From: an uncultured Planctomycetales bacterium
GTDB taxonomy: Bacteria > Planctomycetota > PLA2 > JAEUHO01
Direction of reading: 5' to 3'
DNA: 64,000 bases
Assembly (NCBI GenBank): GCA_964586025.1
Contig: CAZPGF010000003.1
Span: forward strand, 10,032 to 74,031
Below, piece by piece: positions 44,175-54,048 of the stretch (the first letter of the stretch is position 1; the number at the start of each line of letters is the position of its first letter). The position numbers were made by a program, and so were the translations under genes. The notes beneath the pieces were generated by a model. That model was not told the origin of the DNA and ran no database searches. It saw only the letters and a program-made list of their open reading frames with translations.

Positions 44175-44828
44175 ATGGCGCAAAGGGGTTCGACGAGGGA
44201 GCGCATCCTCGACGCGGCGGAGGGCCTGCTCGCGCGCCGAGGACTCGGTGCGACGAGCATCCGCCTGATCACCGCGACGGCGGGGGTCAACCTCGCCGCG
44301 GTGAACTACCACTTCGGCACGAAGGAGGCCCTCGTCGAGGCCGTGTTCCAGCGGCGATTGACCCCGCTCAACGCGGAGCGTCTGCGCCGGCTCGCTGCGC
44401 TGCCGGAGGACCCGCCCCGCGTCCGGCCGATCCTCGATGCCTTCCTGGGGCCGGCGCTCGAGATGCTCGCGAGCGGCGACGAGCGCGATCGGCAGTTCAT
44501 CCGACTGCTCGGTCGCAGCCACGCCGACACGGACGGCGGCACCGACCGTTTCATGGACCGCCTCTACGAGCCGGTGCTGCGTCGTTTCAAGGCGGCGCTC
44601 GCGCGCGCCTTGCCGGAACTCTCCCCGGCGGAGTTGACGTGGCGTCTGCACTTCGTCGTCGGTGTGGTGAGTTACGCGATCGCCGGGCGGGACGCCATCG
44701 GCATCATCGGCCCGGCCGAGGCGAGCGATCCCGCGGCGCTGACGCGGCGCCTCGTTCCGTTCCTCGCCGGCGCGCTGCGCTCGCCCCTCCCGGAAGCGCC
44801 TCCCGACGGACACGAGCGCGTCGCGTAG
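44175..44828 (+). CDS. TetR-family transcriptional regulator
   Basis: RERILDAAEGLLARRGLGATSIRLITATAGVNLAAVNYHFGTKEAL HTH. Start set by frame arithmetic. Confidence 0.85.
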   Translation: MAQRGSTRERILDAAEGLLARRGLGATSIRLITATAGVNLAAVNYHFGTKEALVEAVFQRRLTPLNAERLRRLAALPEDPPRVRPILDAFLGPALEMLASGDERDRQFIRLLGRSHADTDGGTDRFMDRLYEPVLRRFKAALARALPELSPAELTWRLHFVVGVVSYAIAGRDAIGIIGPAEASDPAALTRRLVPFLAGALRSPLPEAPPDGHERVA

Positions 44829-44904
44829 ACGAGCCGAAGGGCGCCGAGCCGCAGCCCACCGCCGGGCGTCGAGGGGATGGATGGGGGACGCGGCGCAGCC
44901 GGCG

Positions 44905-47900
44905 TCACCGGCAACTCGCGACCCACGCCGCTAGCGCCGCGCCCAGGCGGACGATGCCGGCGGCCTCGACGTCCTCGGGGCGGTCGTCGGGGCGGTTCAT
45001 GATCGCGTAGTCGCTCGCCCAGAGCGAGACGGCGGGGACTCCGGCCTCGTGGAACGGCCAGTGGTCGGAGCCGTGAGCGAACGCGAAGCGGTCGATGTCG
45101 CGACCGATCTCGATGCCCGCGGCCTTCAGCGCGGCGGCGACGCCGGATGCGAGTTCGGTGTGGATCGAGGCGCCGATCACGTGGGTCGGCTTCGACGAGC
45201 CCCGTCCGACGCTGTCGACGTTGACGACGGCCCGCACGTCGAAACGGTCGCGCAGCGCATCGACGAGACGGCGGCTTCCGAGCAGTCCCCACTCCTCGGC
45301 GTCGGGGAATGCGAACAGGATGTCCACGGCGGGGGGCGGCGACTCGGCCACGCGCCTCGCGACATCGAGCAGGCACGCGACGCCGCTCGCGTTGTCGTCG
45401 GCGCCGGGATGGATCGGTCCGCTCTCGTTCGCGCCGGGCACGGCGTCGAGATGGGCCATCAGGAGCAGCGCCGGGCGACGCGCCTCGGCCGGCGCGGCGC
45501 TCGACGCGAGGCGGAACACGAGGTTCCGTCCGGGCCGCATCGTGCGCTGGACCTCGAACTCGATGACGACCTCCTCGATCCACGCGAACGGGTCGTCGGC
45601 CTGGTCGGGACTGGCCGGCATCGCGTCGCGACGCGCGAGCAGGATCGGGATCGAGAGGGCCTCCGCCGACCCGAGGTTCGCGCGCGCGCGGCGTCCGGAA
45701 AGCCACGTTTCGAGCGGGCCGGTGTCGATGCGGCGGCCGTCGCGACCGACCTTGTTGCGATCCGCCACCGCGGCCGGCGTCAGCGCGTCGTTGCGATCGA
45801 CGAGCGGAGCGAGTTCCGCGTACGCGGCGTCTTCCACCACGTAGACGATCGCGCGGGCGCCGCGCGTCGCGCGCTCGCGCGCGTCGTGCCAGAGGGCGGC
45901 GGCGTCCCCCTCGGTCCAGCGCACGATCGAAACCTCGTCTTGGCCGCCGCCGACGGCCTGCCACGACCCGTCCTTCGACGACGCGCTGAAGAAGACCGGC
46001 CGGATCGCATCGCTTTCGACCTCGCCCTGGCGGTGTCCGCCGGTGTAGCGGAAAGTCACCGGCGTCGAGGTCCACGACGCGAGGACGTCGAACGACGCCA
46101 TCGCGTCGGACGCGCTGGGGGGATCGAGGGGCGGGATCGGCATGCGCGCTGCGACCCACGCTTCGATCGCGGTACGCTCCGGCGCGCCCGGCCCGCGCTC
46201 GGTCGCCGCCAGTCGACGCACGACCTCGGCCGCGTCGTCCTCGGCGCGGCGCTCCGGCGCGCGCAGGTCGAACGTCAGGGATCTCGACGGCGGACGTTCC
46301 ACGGCGCGGCGTTCGGGCACGCCGTTCTCGAAACGCACCCAGGTGTCCCAGCCGTAGAAGGGAACGTAGCCGGCGCGCCGTGCCGCGGCGGGAGATGCCG
46401 CGACGTACCACGTCCGGGGATGGCCGTTCCACGCGACCGTCGCGAGCAGCGACGACGCGGCGCCCGCGAGGCGGCGCCCCGCGATCGGCGCGACGACCTC
46501 ACCCTCGTTCGCCATCCAGAGCACGATGGCGGGGCCATCGTGCTGCGCCAGGTCGAAGTCCGGTCCGACGACCGGCCAGCCGGTGGTCGACTCCAACTTC
46601 TTCACGAGCCCGGCGAAGGCGCTCTCGTCCCCGCGCACGACGATCGCGCCCTCGCCCGGCGCGCGCAACGTCGTCTGCAGGCAGAGCGGCAACTCGTCCC
46701 GGGGGATCGCCTTGGCGACGTGCCAGGCCGGATCGAGTTCGACGCGCGTCGGGGGACCCGGCACGCGAACGCGCGTGCTGCCCGAGTCGCCCGAGAGCAC
46801 GACGACGCCTTCGCGGGTCCACGTCGAGGCACCCGTGCCGCCCGTCACGACGACCGGAAGCCGACCTCCGAACCGCCCCCCGGGGGTCTGCTCCTCGACG
46901 ACGACCTCGACCTCGTGCTCGCCCTCGGGCGCGTCGGCGCCGAGCGGCGCGGCCGTCGCGAACGTGAGGCGGTAGCGCGGAAGCCCGGGGCGTTCGAGCC
47001 ACGGCGAGATCGACGCGAACGGGTCGGTTCCGTCGTCGCCGCGCCACGCCTCCGCGAAGTCCTCCCACGCGACGATGTGCCCGACATGGGATTGGGTGAA
47101 CGTCGCCAGGCGCGACCACCACGCCTCGTCCGAACCGCTCGCGCGGCGCAGCAGGTGGAAGACCATGCTGCCCTTGCCGTACCCCACGTCGTTGTCGGCG
47201 TCCTCGGTCTTCGTCAGGAAGGCGCGCAGCGGCACGTCGGCGTCGCCGTGGACGCGGATCGCGAACCGCTCCAGCACGCCGCGTCGTGCGTCGATCGCCG
47301 CGGTGGACTCCGGACCGCCGCCGGCGAGTTCGACCGCGTAGTAGTTCGAGAGGTAGGTCGTGATCGCCTCGCACCAGTTGCCACGCGCGAAATCGACGAA
47401 CAGCCCGTTCCCGTACCAGCCGTGGACGTACTCGTGGTCCAGGTAGCCGGGCGGGATCGAGCCCTCCCGCAATGCCTTGGCCGAGACGTACTCGATCACC
47501 CGATCGCCGAGCAGCGTGAACGACGGCATGCCGTAGCCGGACTGGAAGAAGTTCTCGACGATGTCGAACTTCGGGTGCGGGTAGGCCCCGAGGAGCGGCG
47601 TGTACCGCCGCACGGTGTCCGCCGCGGCGTCGAGCCAGAGCGTCGAGAACTCTTGATGGCGAGGATAGAAGTACGTCGAGAGCGAGACGCCATCGACGAC
47701 CCGCGTCGACACGACGTAGTCGCCCGCCGAGAGCGAGACGCTGTCCGTGGCGATCGCCGCGGGGAAGGTGGAGCGGAGCCACACGGTCTCCTCGGCCCCC
47801 TCTCCGACGACCGGTTCGAGCGCGTCGCCCGCCGGATCGAACCCCGCGACGCGGAGCGTTTCGCGGGCGGGTACGCCCCCCTGGCACGCGACGACCACGC

Positions 47901-48414
47901 CGTCCGGAGCGAACACCTCGACGTCGACGAGGGCGAGGGGCGAGGAGGCCGCCCACGGGACCCAGCGCGATCCGCCGCTCAAGAACACGCCGTGGGGCTC
48001 GATCAGGCCCTTCGTCGAGTCGCCCGCGACCCATGCGAGGTCGTCCGCCGCGCGGACCTCGTCGTGGAGCCGTCCCCGGTACGCGATGCGCAGGCGGTGG
48101 TCGCCCGCGGGGACCGCGATCCGAAACGCTCCCTTCCCGTCGCGGGTCGGCGCCGCGATCGCCTCTTCGTCCAAGGCGACGCCGACGATCGCGAGTTCGG
48201 CCGCGAGGTCGAACTCGAGGTCGCCCGCCTCGGGAGCGCGCACCGAGAGATCGGCCCGTGCGATCAGGCGCCCGCGCGGCGGGTCGAGCCGGACGACGAG
48301 TGCGATGCGCTCCACGCGCGGCGCCGCGCCGTCGGCGCGAACGTCGCGACTCGCGGCGACGATCAGCAGGAACAGGAGCAGCACGAGCGGACGGACGGCG
48401 CGGAGTCGGTGCAT
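44905..48414 (-). CDS. Secreted dual-peptidase protein: M1 (gluzincin aminopeptidase-like) domain fused to a C-terminal M28 peptidase domain
   Basis: Signal peptide MHRLRAVRPLVLLLFLLIVAASRDVRA. HEYVHGWYGNG (HEXXH-X-W) plus a downstream Glu in the M1 region. M28 motifs HLDAVPG...GADDNASGVACLLDVARR...DAEEWGLLGSRRLV...HGSDHWPF. Confidence 0.8.
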   Translation of the reverse strand: MHRLRAVRPLVLLLFLLIVAASRDVRADGAAPRVERIALVVRLDPPRGRLIARADLSVRAPEAGDLEFDLAAELAIVGVALDEEAIAAPTRDGKGAFRIAVPAGDHRLRIAYRGRLHDEVRAADDLAWVAGDSTKGLIEPHGVFLSGGSRWVPWAASSPLALVDVEVFAPDGVVVACQGGVPARETLRVAGFDPAGDALEPVVGEGAEETVWLRSTFPAAIATDSVSLSAGDYVVSTRVVDGVSLSTYFYPRHQEFSTLWLDAAADTVRRYTPLLGAYPHPKFDIVENFFQSGYGMPSFTLLGDRVIEYVSAKALREGSIPPGYLDHEYVHGWYGNGLFVDFARGNWCEAITTYLSNYYAVELAGGGPESTAAIDARRGVLERFAIRVHGDADVPLRAFLTKTEDADNDVGYGKGSMVFHLLRRASGSDEAWWSRLATFTQSHVGHIVAWEDFAEAWRGDDGTDPFASISPWLERPGLPRYRLTFATAAPLGADAPEGEHEVEVVVEEQTPGGRFGGRLPVVVTGGTGASTWTREGVVVLSGDSGSTRVRVPGPPTRVELDPAWHVAKAIPRDELPLCLQTTLRAPGEGAIVVRGDESAFAGLVKKLESTTGWPVVGPDFDLAQHDGPAIVLWMANEGEVVAPIAGRRLAGAASSLLATVAWNGHPRTWYVAASPAAARRAGYVPFYGWDTWVRFENGVPERRAVERPPSRSLTFDLRAPERRAEDDAAEVVRRLAATERGPGAPERTAIEAWVAARMPIPPLDPPSASDAMASFDVLASWTSTPVTFRYTGGHRQGEVESDAIRPVFFSASSKDGSWQAVGGGQDEVSIVRWTEGDAAALWHDARERATRGARAIVYVVEDAAYAELAPLVDRNDALTPAAVADRNKVGRDGRRIDTGPLETWLSGRRARANLGSAEALSIPILLARRDAMPASPDQADDPFAWIEEVVIEFEVQRTMRPGRNLVFRLASSAAPAEARRPALLLMAHLDAVPGANESGPIHPGADDNASGVACLLDVARRVAESPPPAVDILFAFPDAEEWGLLGSRRLVDALRDRFDVRAVVNVDSVGRGSSKPTHVIGASIHTELASGVAAALKAAGIEIGRDIDRFAFAHGSDHWPFHEAGVPAVSLWASDYAIMNRPDDRPEDVEAAGIVRLGAALAAWVASCR

Positions 48415-48509
48415 CCCGCAAGGGTACGACCGACGGATCCGAACCGCGCGGCCTGGCGCAGCCTCCGACCGCGCGTGGGCCGAGGCGCCCGCCCGCGTAC
48501 CGTGAGCGC

Positions 48510-50249
48510 GTGCGGATCCTCGGCGTCACCGGCCCCAAGCACGACGCCGCCGCGGCGCTGTTCGTCGATGGCGAACTCGTCGCCGCCGCCGAGGAGGAGC
48601 GCTTCGTCCGCGAGAAGCACGCGCTGCGCCGGCCGGCGCATGCGGCGGTGCGCTTCGTGCTCGACGCGGCCGGCCTGAAGCCGACCGACATCGATGCGAT
48701 CGCCTATCCGTGGAGCGAGCGCACCTGGCGCGAACGGCGCGGGCCGCACCTCCGACGCATGCTGCCGATCGACGGGCGCACCGCGCTCAAGGGCTACGCG
48801 AAGACGATCGTGCGGTTCCGGCGTCTGCGCGCGCGGGTGCGCGAAGCGCTCGACGACATCGGCGTGCCGTGGCGCGATCGGCCGTGGCACGAGGTGCCGC
48901 ACCACGACGCGCACGCCGCATCGGCGTTCCTGCTGGCGGGATTCCCGTCCTGTGCGGTTTTGACGGTGGACGGGCTGGGCGAACTGATCACCACGCAGGT
49001 CGGAGCCTACGAGGACGGGCGGTACGCCATCCTCCATCGCGAGACGATGCCGCACTCCCTCGGCTGCTTCTACTCCGCGATGACGGAGTACCTGGGCTTC
49101 CGATTCAACGACGGTGAGTACAAGTTGATGGGGATGGCGCCGTACGGCGACCCGTCGCGCGCGAACCTCGCCGGCATCGCCTGGATCGACGATCGCGGTG
49201 CTTTCCGGGTCGATCCGCGTGCGGTGTGGGTCTCGCACCGTCGTCGCGTGGACGGTCGCCCGTTCGGCCGACGGCTCGTCGAACGATTCGGGCCGCCTCG
49301 GCGGGGCGATGGCCTGGACGCGCCCTATCCCGACATCGCCGCGGCGACGCAACGCCTGTTCGAGGACGCCGTCCTTCGCCTGGTCGAGGGACCGCTCGCC
49401 GCGCCGCTGGCGCGCACGGGGCGGTTGGCCTTCGCCGGCGGGTCGGCCTTGAACGTCGCGCTGAACCGTCGGCTCGTCGCGCACCCGTCGATCGATCGCC
49501 TCTACGTTCCGCCCGCCGCCAACGATGCGGGCACGGCGGTCGGCGCCGCGGCCCACGTCGCGTGGCGCGCGGGCGACCGCGTGCGGCCATGGACCTCCGC
49601 CGCGCTCGGTCCGGCGTACGACGACGACGCCATTCGCGACGCCCTCGAACGCCGCGGTCACGCCGCGGCGCGCCGCACGGCCCTCGTCGACGACATCGCC
49701 GATCGTCTCGCGGCGGGCGATGTCGTCGGGTGGTTCCAGGGGCGCATGGAGATGGGGCCGCGCGCCCTCGGTCGGCGATCGATCCTCGCCCACCCGGCGC
49801 TCCCCGGCATGAGCGACCGCGTGAACCGCGTCGTCAAGCACCGCGAGACGTGGCGGCCCTTCTGTCCGTCGATTCTCGCCGAGCGTGCCGACGAGATCCT
49901 CGTCGGCTCGCATCCGGCGCCGCACATGACGATCGCATTCGATGTCCGCGAAGACTGGCGCACGCGGATTCCCGAAGTCGTGCATGTCGATGGCACGTGC
50001 CGCCCGCAGGTCGTCTCGCGCGACGACGATCCGCTCTTCCATGCGCTGATCGCCGCGTTCGCGGCACGCACTGGCCTGCCGGTGCTGCTGAACACCTCGC
50101 TGAATCGCCGCGGCGAACCGATCGTTGCGAGTCCCGACGACGCGCTGACGATGTGGGCCGACGGGGGGCTCGACGTGCTGGCGATGGGGGAGCGCGTCCT
50201 CCTCCGTCGCATCGGTTCAGACCCGGCCATCCCCCCGCCCGTCCGATAG
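48510..50249 (+). CDS. Carbamoyltransferase (NodU/CmcH/TobZ family)
   Basis: VRILGVTGPKHDAAAALFVDGELVAAAEEERF...HHDAHAASAF... with a C-terminal YrdC/Kae1-like region. GTG 48510 set by frame arithmetic. Confidence 0.85.
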   Translation: MRILGVTGPKHDAAAALFVDGELVAAAEEERFVREKHALRRPAHAAVRFVLDAAGLKPTDIDAIAYPWSERTWRERRGPHLRRMLPIDGRTALKGYAKTIVRFRRLRARVREALDDIGVPWRDRPWHEVPHHDAHAASAFLLAGFPSCAVLTVDGLGELITTQVGAYEDGRYAILHRETMPHSLGCFYSAMTEYLGFRFNDGEYKLMGMAPYGDPSRANLAGIAWIDDRGAFRVDPRAVWVSHRRRVDGRPFGRRLVERFGPPRRGDGLDAPYPDIAAATQRLFEDAVLRLVEGPLAAPLARTGRLAFAGGSALNVALNRRLVAHPSIDRLYVPPAANDAGTAVGAAAHVAWRAGDRVRPWTSAALGPAYDDDAIRDALERRGHAAARRTALVDDIADRLAAGDVVGWFQGRMEMGPRALGRRSILAHPALPGMSDRVNRVVKHRETWRPFCPSILAERADEILVGSHPAPHMTIAFDVREDWRTRIPEVVHVDGTCRPQVVSRDDDPLFHALIAAFAARTGLPVLLNTSLNRRGEPIVASPDDALTMWADGGLDVLAMGERVLLRRIGSDPAIPPPVR

Positions 50250-50430
50250 CGACCGATCCGCCCTCGCGTGCCTTTCCTTCGCGTCCACCGCCGGTCCGGG
50301 TTCGCGAGCGGGAAGCGGAAGGTCGCCGTGGAGGGCGACGTGTGGTTTGCCACTCGAGCCCGACACGGCGGCCTGATCGCCCCCGATCTGCGAAGCCGTT
50401 CCTCCGCAAGGTCAAGGACCCCCTGAACGC
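50245..50430 (-). repeat. Copy c1 of a dispersed intergenic repeat family (element E, minus orientation)
   Basis: About 180 bp, roughly 85-90% identical to the reverse complement of 53814-53990. Shared blocks include gtcgccgtggagggcgac, ccggtccgggttcgcgagcgg and cccgacacggcggcc. Confidence 0.8.
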
Positions 50431-50440
50431 GTACGGTCTG

Positions 50441-51067
50441 TCAGCGAGTGACGACGCGGTAGTAGCGCGCACCCTCGACGTTCGCGCACGGCCGGCAGAG
50501 CGGGCCGTCGGGCGTGAGGACCTCGCGCGCGTTGATGACCTCCTCCCCGCAGCGGACGCAATCGACACGGACGTGCGGTCGTGCGCGCAACTCGGCGGCC
50601 GACGGGTGGAGCGCGACCTCCAAGGCCGCGAGCAGATCGTTCGCGGGCATCCGCTGGTAGCCGACGAGCATGGCCTGCCAGCGACCGGGCGCGTCGGGGT
50701 CGGCGTGGGCCGCCGCCGCCGCGCGGACACCGGCCTTCGGCGCGAGGCGCACGGCGCGCTCCGTGCGAACGTCGGCGAACGTCGCCGCGATCTTGCCGAC
50801 GTCGAGGATCCGCAGGGTTCGCGCGCTCACCCGCACGCCCGCCGCCGCCTCGATCCCGCTGACGAAGCAGCCGTCCGTCTCGGCGATCACCAGCAGGCGC
50901 TTGTCGTCGCGCGGCACCTCGAGGTCGAGCCACCCCGCCGCGGCCCACGCCATCCGCGCGCCGAGCACCTGCCGCGGGCAGAGGTGACGATGCGTCTCGG
51001 CGCCCTTCGCGAGGATCTCCGCGCGCTGGTCCGGCGCAGGGCCGTCGGAGAGTCGGGGCTCGTCCAT
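50441..51067 (-). CDS. FmdE/FwdE-family protein with C-terminal zinc ribbon
   Basis: HLCPRQVLGARMAWAAAGWLD...DGCFVSGIEAAAG and a C-terminal CVRCGEE...CRPC. Confidence 0.75.
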   Translation of the reverse strand: MDEPRLSDGPAPDQRAEILAKGAETHRHLCPRQVLGARMAWAAAGWLDLEVPRDDKRLLVIAETDGCFVSGIEAAAGVRVSARTLRILDVGKIAATFADVRTERAVRLAPKAGVRAAAAAHADPDAPGRWQAMLVGYQRMPANDLLAALEVALHPSAAELRARPHVRVDCVRCGEEVINAREVLTPDGPLCRPCANVEGARYYRVVTR

Positions 51068-51089
51068 CGGACGAGAGGCTACGTCCGGC

Positions 51090-53813
51090 TCATCGTTCGA
51101 GCGCGGCCCGCACGCGGGGTCGATCGCGAAGGGCGTCGAAGTCCCGCTCGACGGCAGCGTGCACGCGCAGCGTGGAATCCTGCGCGAGGGCCGTCACGAG
51201 GTGCCGCGCCGCCTCGTCGAGTTCGTTGGTTCGAGCGAGCGCCCGCGCGAACGCATAGCGCACGCCGGCGGCCTCGGGATCGTCTTCGACCGCCCGCCCG
51301 AGCAGGCGACGGGCATGTTCGAGTTCGCCCGCGTCGAGCAACTCGGCGCCGAGCAGCGCGTGACCGAGCGCGTACCAGGTTCGCGCGAGCGACGCATCCA
51401 CGCGCTGCGCGACCTGGGCCGCCTCGATCAGGAGATCGCCGCGTTGCGCGATCGCCTCGAGCAGGACGGGCAGTTCCTCGTCGCGTGCGTCGCCGAGATG
51501 GACCCACGCGAGCAGGGCACGGTAGCGGACGAGCGTGGCGCGCCACGACGCCGGTGAGTTGGGCTCCCGGCGGGCGACGCGATCCGCCTCGTCGCGTGCC
51601 GCGGCCAACTCGGCGCCGGGGTCGGCAAGTCCGGCGAGGAGCAGCGCCGCGAGACGCAGCGTGGCGGCGCGATAGGCCCTCTCGGCGGGAGCGAGGTCGA
51701 GCTTCCTCCCCGTGCGCACCGCATCCGCGTCCAGGGCCTCCTTGGCGGCCCGCTCGCGATCACGCCCCATCGCGAGGAAGCGCTCGGCTTCGGCGCGCCA
51801 TGCTCCCGCCTGGGTGGGTCGTTGGCGCAGGCCCCAGACGAGGATGCCCGTCGCGACGCCCTCGTGCGCGCCCTCCCACTCCGCTTTGCGGAACGACTCG
51901 AACAGCAACTCCGCCGGGTAACGGGACGGATCGGCGCCGACGCGCGAGCGCGCCTCGGCGAGCGCCTCCGCCGCGCCGCGCGCGTCGCCGAGCCGCCGTG
52001 CGACGCGCGCGCGTGCGACCACGTTCGAGAGCGGCGCGGGGTCGATGTCGGCGGCTTCGTTGTAGCGGCGCAACACCGTCTCGATGTCGAACGCTCCGTC
52101 CTCCTCGCCGGGCAGGGGTTCGACGCCGAGTGCGAGATGCCCGAGCCGCAACGCGACGTCGTGCCGCCGAGGATCGAAGCGACGCGCGGTCTGAAGAACG
52201 GCGATCGCATCCGCGGGACGGCCCTCGATCTCCCAGAGCGTGGCCAGATCCAGGCGAGCCTCGGTGATGCCCGGGTCGCGGCGCAGCGCGGCGCGAAACG
52301 CCTCCGCCGCGGCCGGGCGCCGATCGCGCCGTGCGTCCTGCACACCGCGCTGGTACCACGCCCGCGCGTCGTTCGGATCGAGCGCGAGGGCCCCGTGGAC
52401 GAGATGGCGATCGAGCAGCACGTCGGCGCGCGCGAGGTCGCCGCGGGCGAGCGCCGCGCCTCCCTCGTCGAGCCATCGCACGTACGCGCGATCCGCACGC
52501 GCGACGCGCACCGCCGACCAGGAGGTGACCCCGGCGACGAGGGCGAGACCCCACGCCACGCGCCTCTGGCGGATCGCCGAAGGGGTCGTTCGCTCCGGCG
52601 TGCGGAGGGTTCGGCGTGACCCGAGGAACACGAGCGCGGCGATCCCCACGATCACCCCGGCCGGATCGATCCAGATCCCCTCGCCGAGCCCGGCGACGGT
52701 CAGCGCGACGAGCGCCGCCGTCCAACCCGAGCACGCGCCGCGATCGCTCTCGGGCACGACCCTCGTCGTCCGCACGCCGATTCCGACGCCGGCGAGCACG
52801 AACGCAGCGAACGCGAGCGCGCCGAGGATCCCGTTCTCCGCGGCGACGTGCAGGAGATCGTTGTGCGCATGGTCGGGACGCCGTCCGGCTTCGAGTCGCG
52901 CTTCGAGCGGATCTCGAACGCGCAGGATCTCCTCGCCGTAGCGACCCGCGCCGTGACCGAGGAGCGGCGCCTCGGCGACCAGCCTCGCCGTCGCGTGGAC
53001 GAGCCCTCGGCGCACCTCGAGCGTGCGCGCGTCGCCCGGCGCCGGCACCAGGCCGGTGACGAACAGCGCCACGACGATCGCGAGTGCCGCACCGAAGCCG
53101 CCGGCGATGCGCCGCGTTCGAGGACGCGATGCGGCGAGGCCGGCGAGGGCGCAGAGTCCGGCGGCGAGCGCGACCGCGGCCGTTCGGCTGCGGGTGAGCG
53201 CGAGCGCGAGCGCGACGAGCGAACCGAGGGCGGCGGTCGCAACGAACGGACGTCGTCGGAGGCGAGCGCCGAGCAGCGCGAGGCCGAGACCGGCGACGAC
53301 CGGCCCCGCGACGCCGGGTCGCCCGAACGGACCGGCCGCCGCGCGCGGCCACGACGCGATCCCGTCCCATGCGACCCACGCGATCGCCGCGAGCGCCGCG
53401 ACCCGCACGGCGCCCTCCGCGACGCGGCGCGCCGACGCATCGGGAAGGGCCCGCACGAGCGCGATCGGCAGCGCCGCGAGCGCGAGCCACGGAACGGCCT
53501 GTCGCGAGAGCGCGAGGAACCCCTCGTTCCACGCCGCCGGCACGCCGCAGGCGAACGCGGCGAGAGGCAGCGCCGCGATCGCGAGCCGCATCCCTCCCGG
53601 AGACGGTCCGGTCCACTGCAGGCCCGCGAGGACGAGCGTCGCGGTGAGCGCGCCGCCGAGGACGGCGGTCCGCAGCACGTCGCCGCCGGAGAAGGCGGCG
53701 GGGACGTCGGCGAGCAGCGGCAGTGCGATCGCGAGCGCGACGAGCGATCCGAGGACCCGACTCGGGGCGGTCGCTTCGTTCATCCGCAGTTCGACGCGCG
53801 ACGACGCATGCAT
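51090..53813 (-). CDS. O-antigen ligase (Wzy_C)-like polytopic membrane protein fused to C-terminal TPR repeats
   Basis: About 12 TM helices with a HAHNDLLHVAAENGILG motif typical of the O-antigen ligase/polymerase family, then about 450 aa of TPR-like repeats. True start may be MNEATAP at about 53783. Confidence 0.7.
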   Translation of the reverse strand: MHASSRVELRMNEATAPSRVLGSLVALAIALPLLADVPAAFSGGDVLRTAVLGGALTATLVLAGLQWTGPSPGGMRLAIAALPLAAFACGVPAAWNEGFLALSRQAVPWLALAALPIALVRALPDASARRVAEGAVRVAALAAIAWVAWDGIASWPRAAAGPFGRPGVAGPVVAGLGLALLGARLRRRPFVATAALGSLVALALALTRSRTAAVALAAGLCALAGLAASRPRTRRIAGGFGAALAIVVALFVTGLVPAPGDARTLEVRRGLVHATARLVAEAPLLGHGAGRYGEEILRVRDPLEARLEAGRRPDHAHNDLLHVAAENGILGALAFAAFVLAGVGIGVRTTRVVPESDRGACSGWTAALVALTVAGLGEGIWIDPAGVIVGIAALVFLGSRRTLRTPERTTPSAIRQRRVAWGLALVAGVTSWSAVRVARADRAYVRWLDEGGAALARGDLARADVLLDRHLVHGALALDPNDARAWYQRGVQDARRDRRPAAAEAFRAALRRDPGITEARLDLATLWEIEGRPADAIAVLQTARRFDPRRHDVALRLGHLALGVEPLPGEEDGAFDIETVLRRYNEAADIDPAPLSNVVARARVARRLGDARGAAEALAEARSRVGADPSRYPAELLFESFRKAEWEGAHEGVATGILVWGLRQRPTQAGAWRAEAERFLAMGRDRERAAKEALDADAVRTGRKLDLAPAERAYRAATLRLAALLLAGLADPGAELAAARDEADRVARREPNSPASWRATLVRYRALLAWVHLGDARDEELPVLLEAIAQRGDLLIEAAQVAQRVDASLARTWYALGHALLGAELLDAGELEHARRLLGRAVEDDPEAAGVRYAFARALARTNELDEAARHLVTALAQDSTLRVHAAVERDFDALRDRPRVRAALER

Positions 53814-53995
53814 TCAGGGGGTCCTTGACCCTGTCGACGTGCGGCTTCGCAGATCGGGGGCGCTTAGGCCGCCGTGTCGGGCTGGAGTGGCAAACCACCC
53901 GTCGCCCTCCACGGCGACCTTCCGCTCCCCGCCTGCGAACCCGGACCGGCGGTGAAGGCGAAGGAAAGGCACGCCTTGGGCGGATCGGTCGCCAT
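53814..53995 (+). repeat. Copy c2 of repeat family E (plus orientation)
   Basis: cagggggtccttgacc...gtcgccctccacggcgac...gcgaacccggaccggcggtgaaggcgaaggaaaggcacgc...; abuts the start of the O-antigen-ligase-like gene. Confidence 0.8.
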
Positions 53996-54048
53996 TGGAG
54001 TTGTGCGTGGAGCGTGGGGCCTCTACAGATGCGCGACGACGCATGGCC

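Noticed and set aside
50245-50430. Element E as a cobalamin or c-di-GMP-I riboswitch
   Set aside because: The element contains GCCACTC and GGCAAACC, which resemble the B12 box and a GEMM motif. The other conserved blocks of these classes (GGTG..AATCC/CAGGAGACCTGCC, or GGACGCAAAGCC) are missing and the adjacent genes are not the usual regulon. Left as an unclassified repeat.
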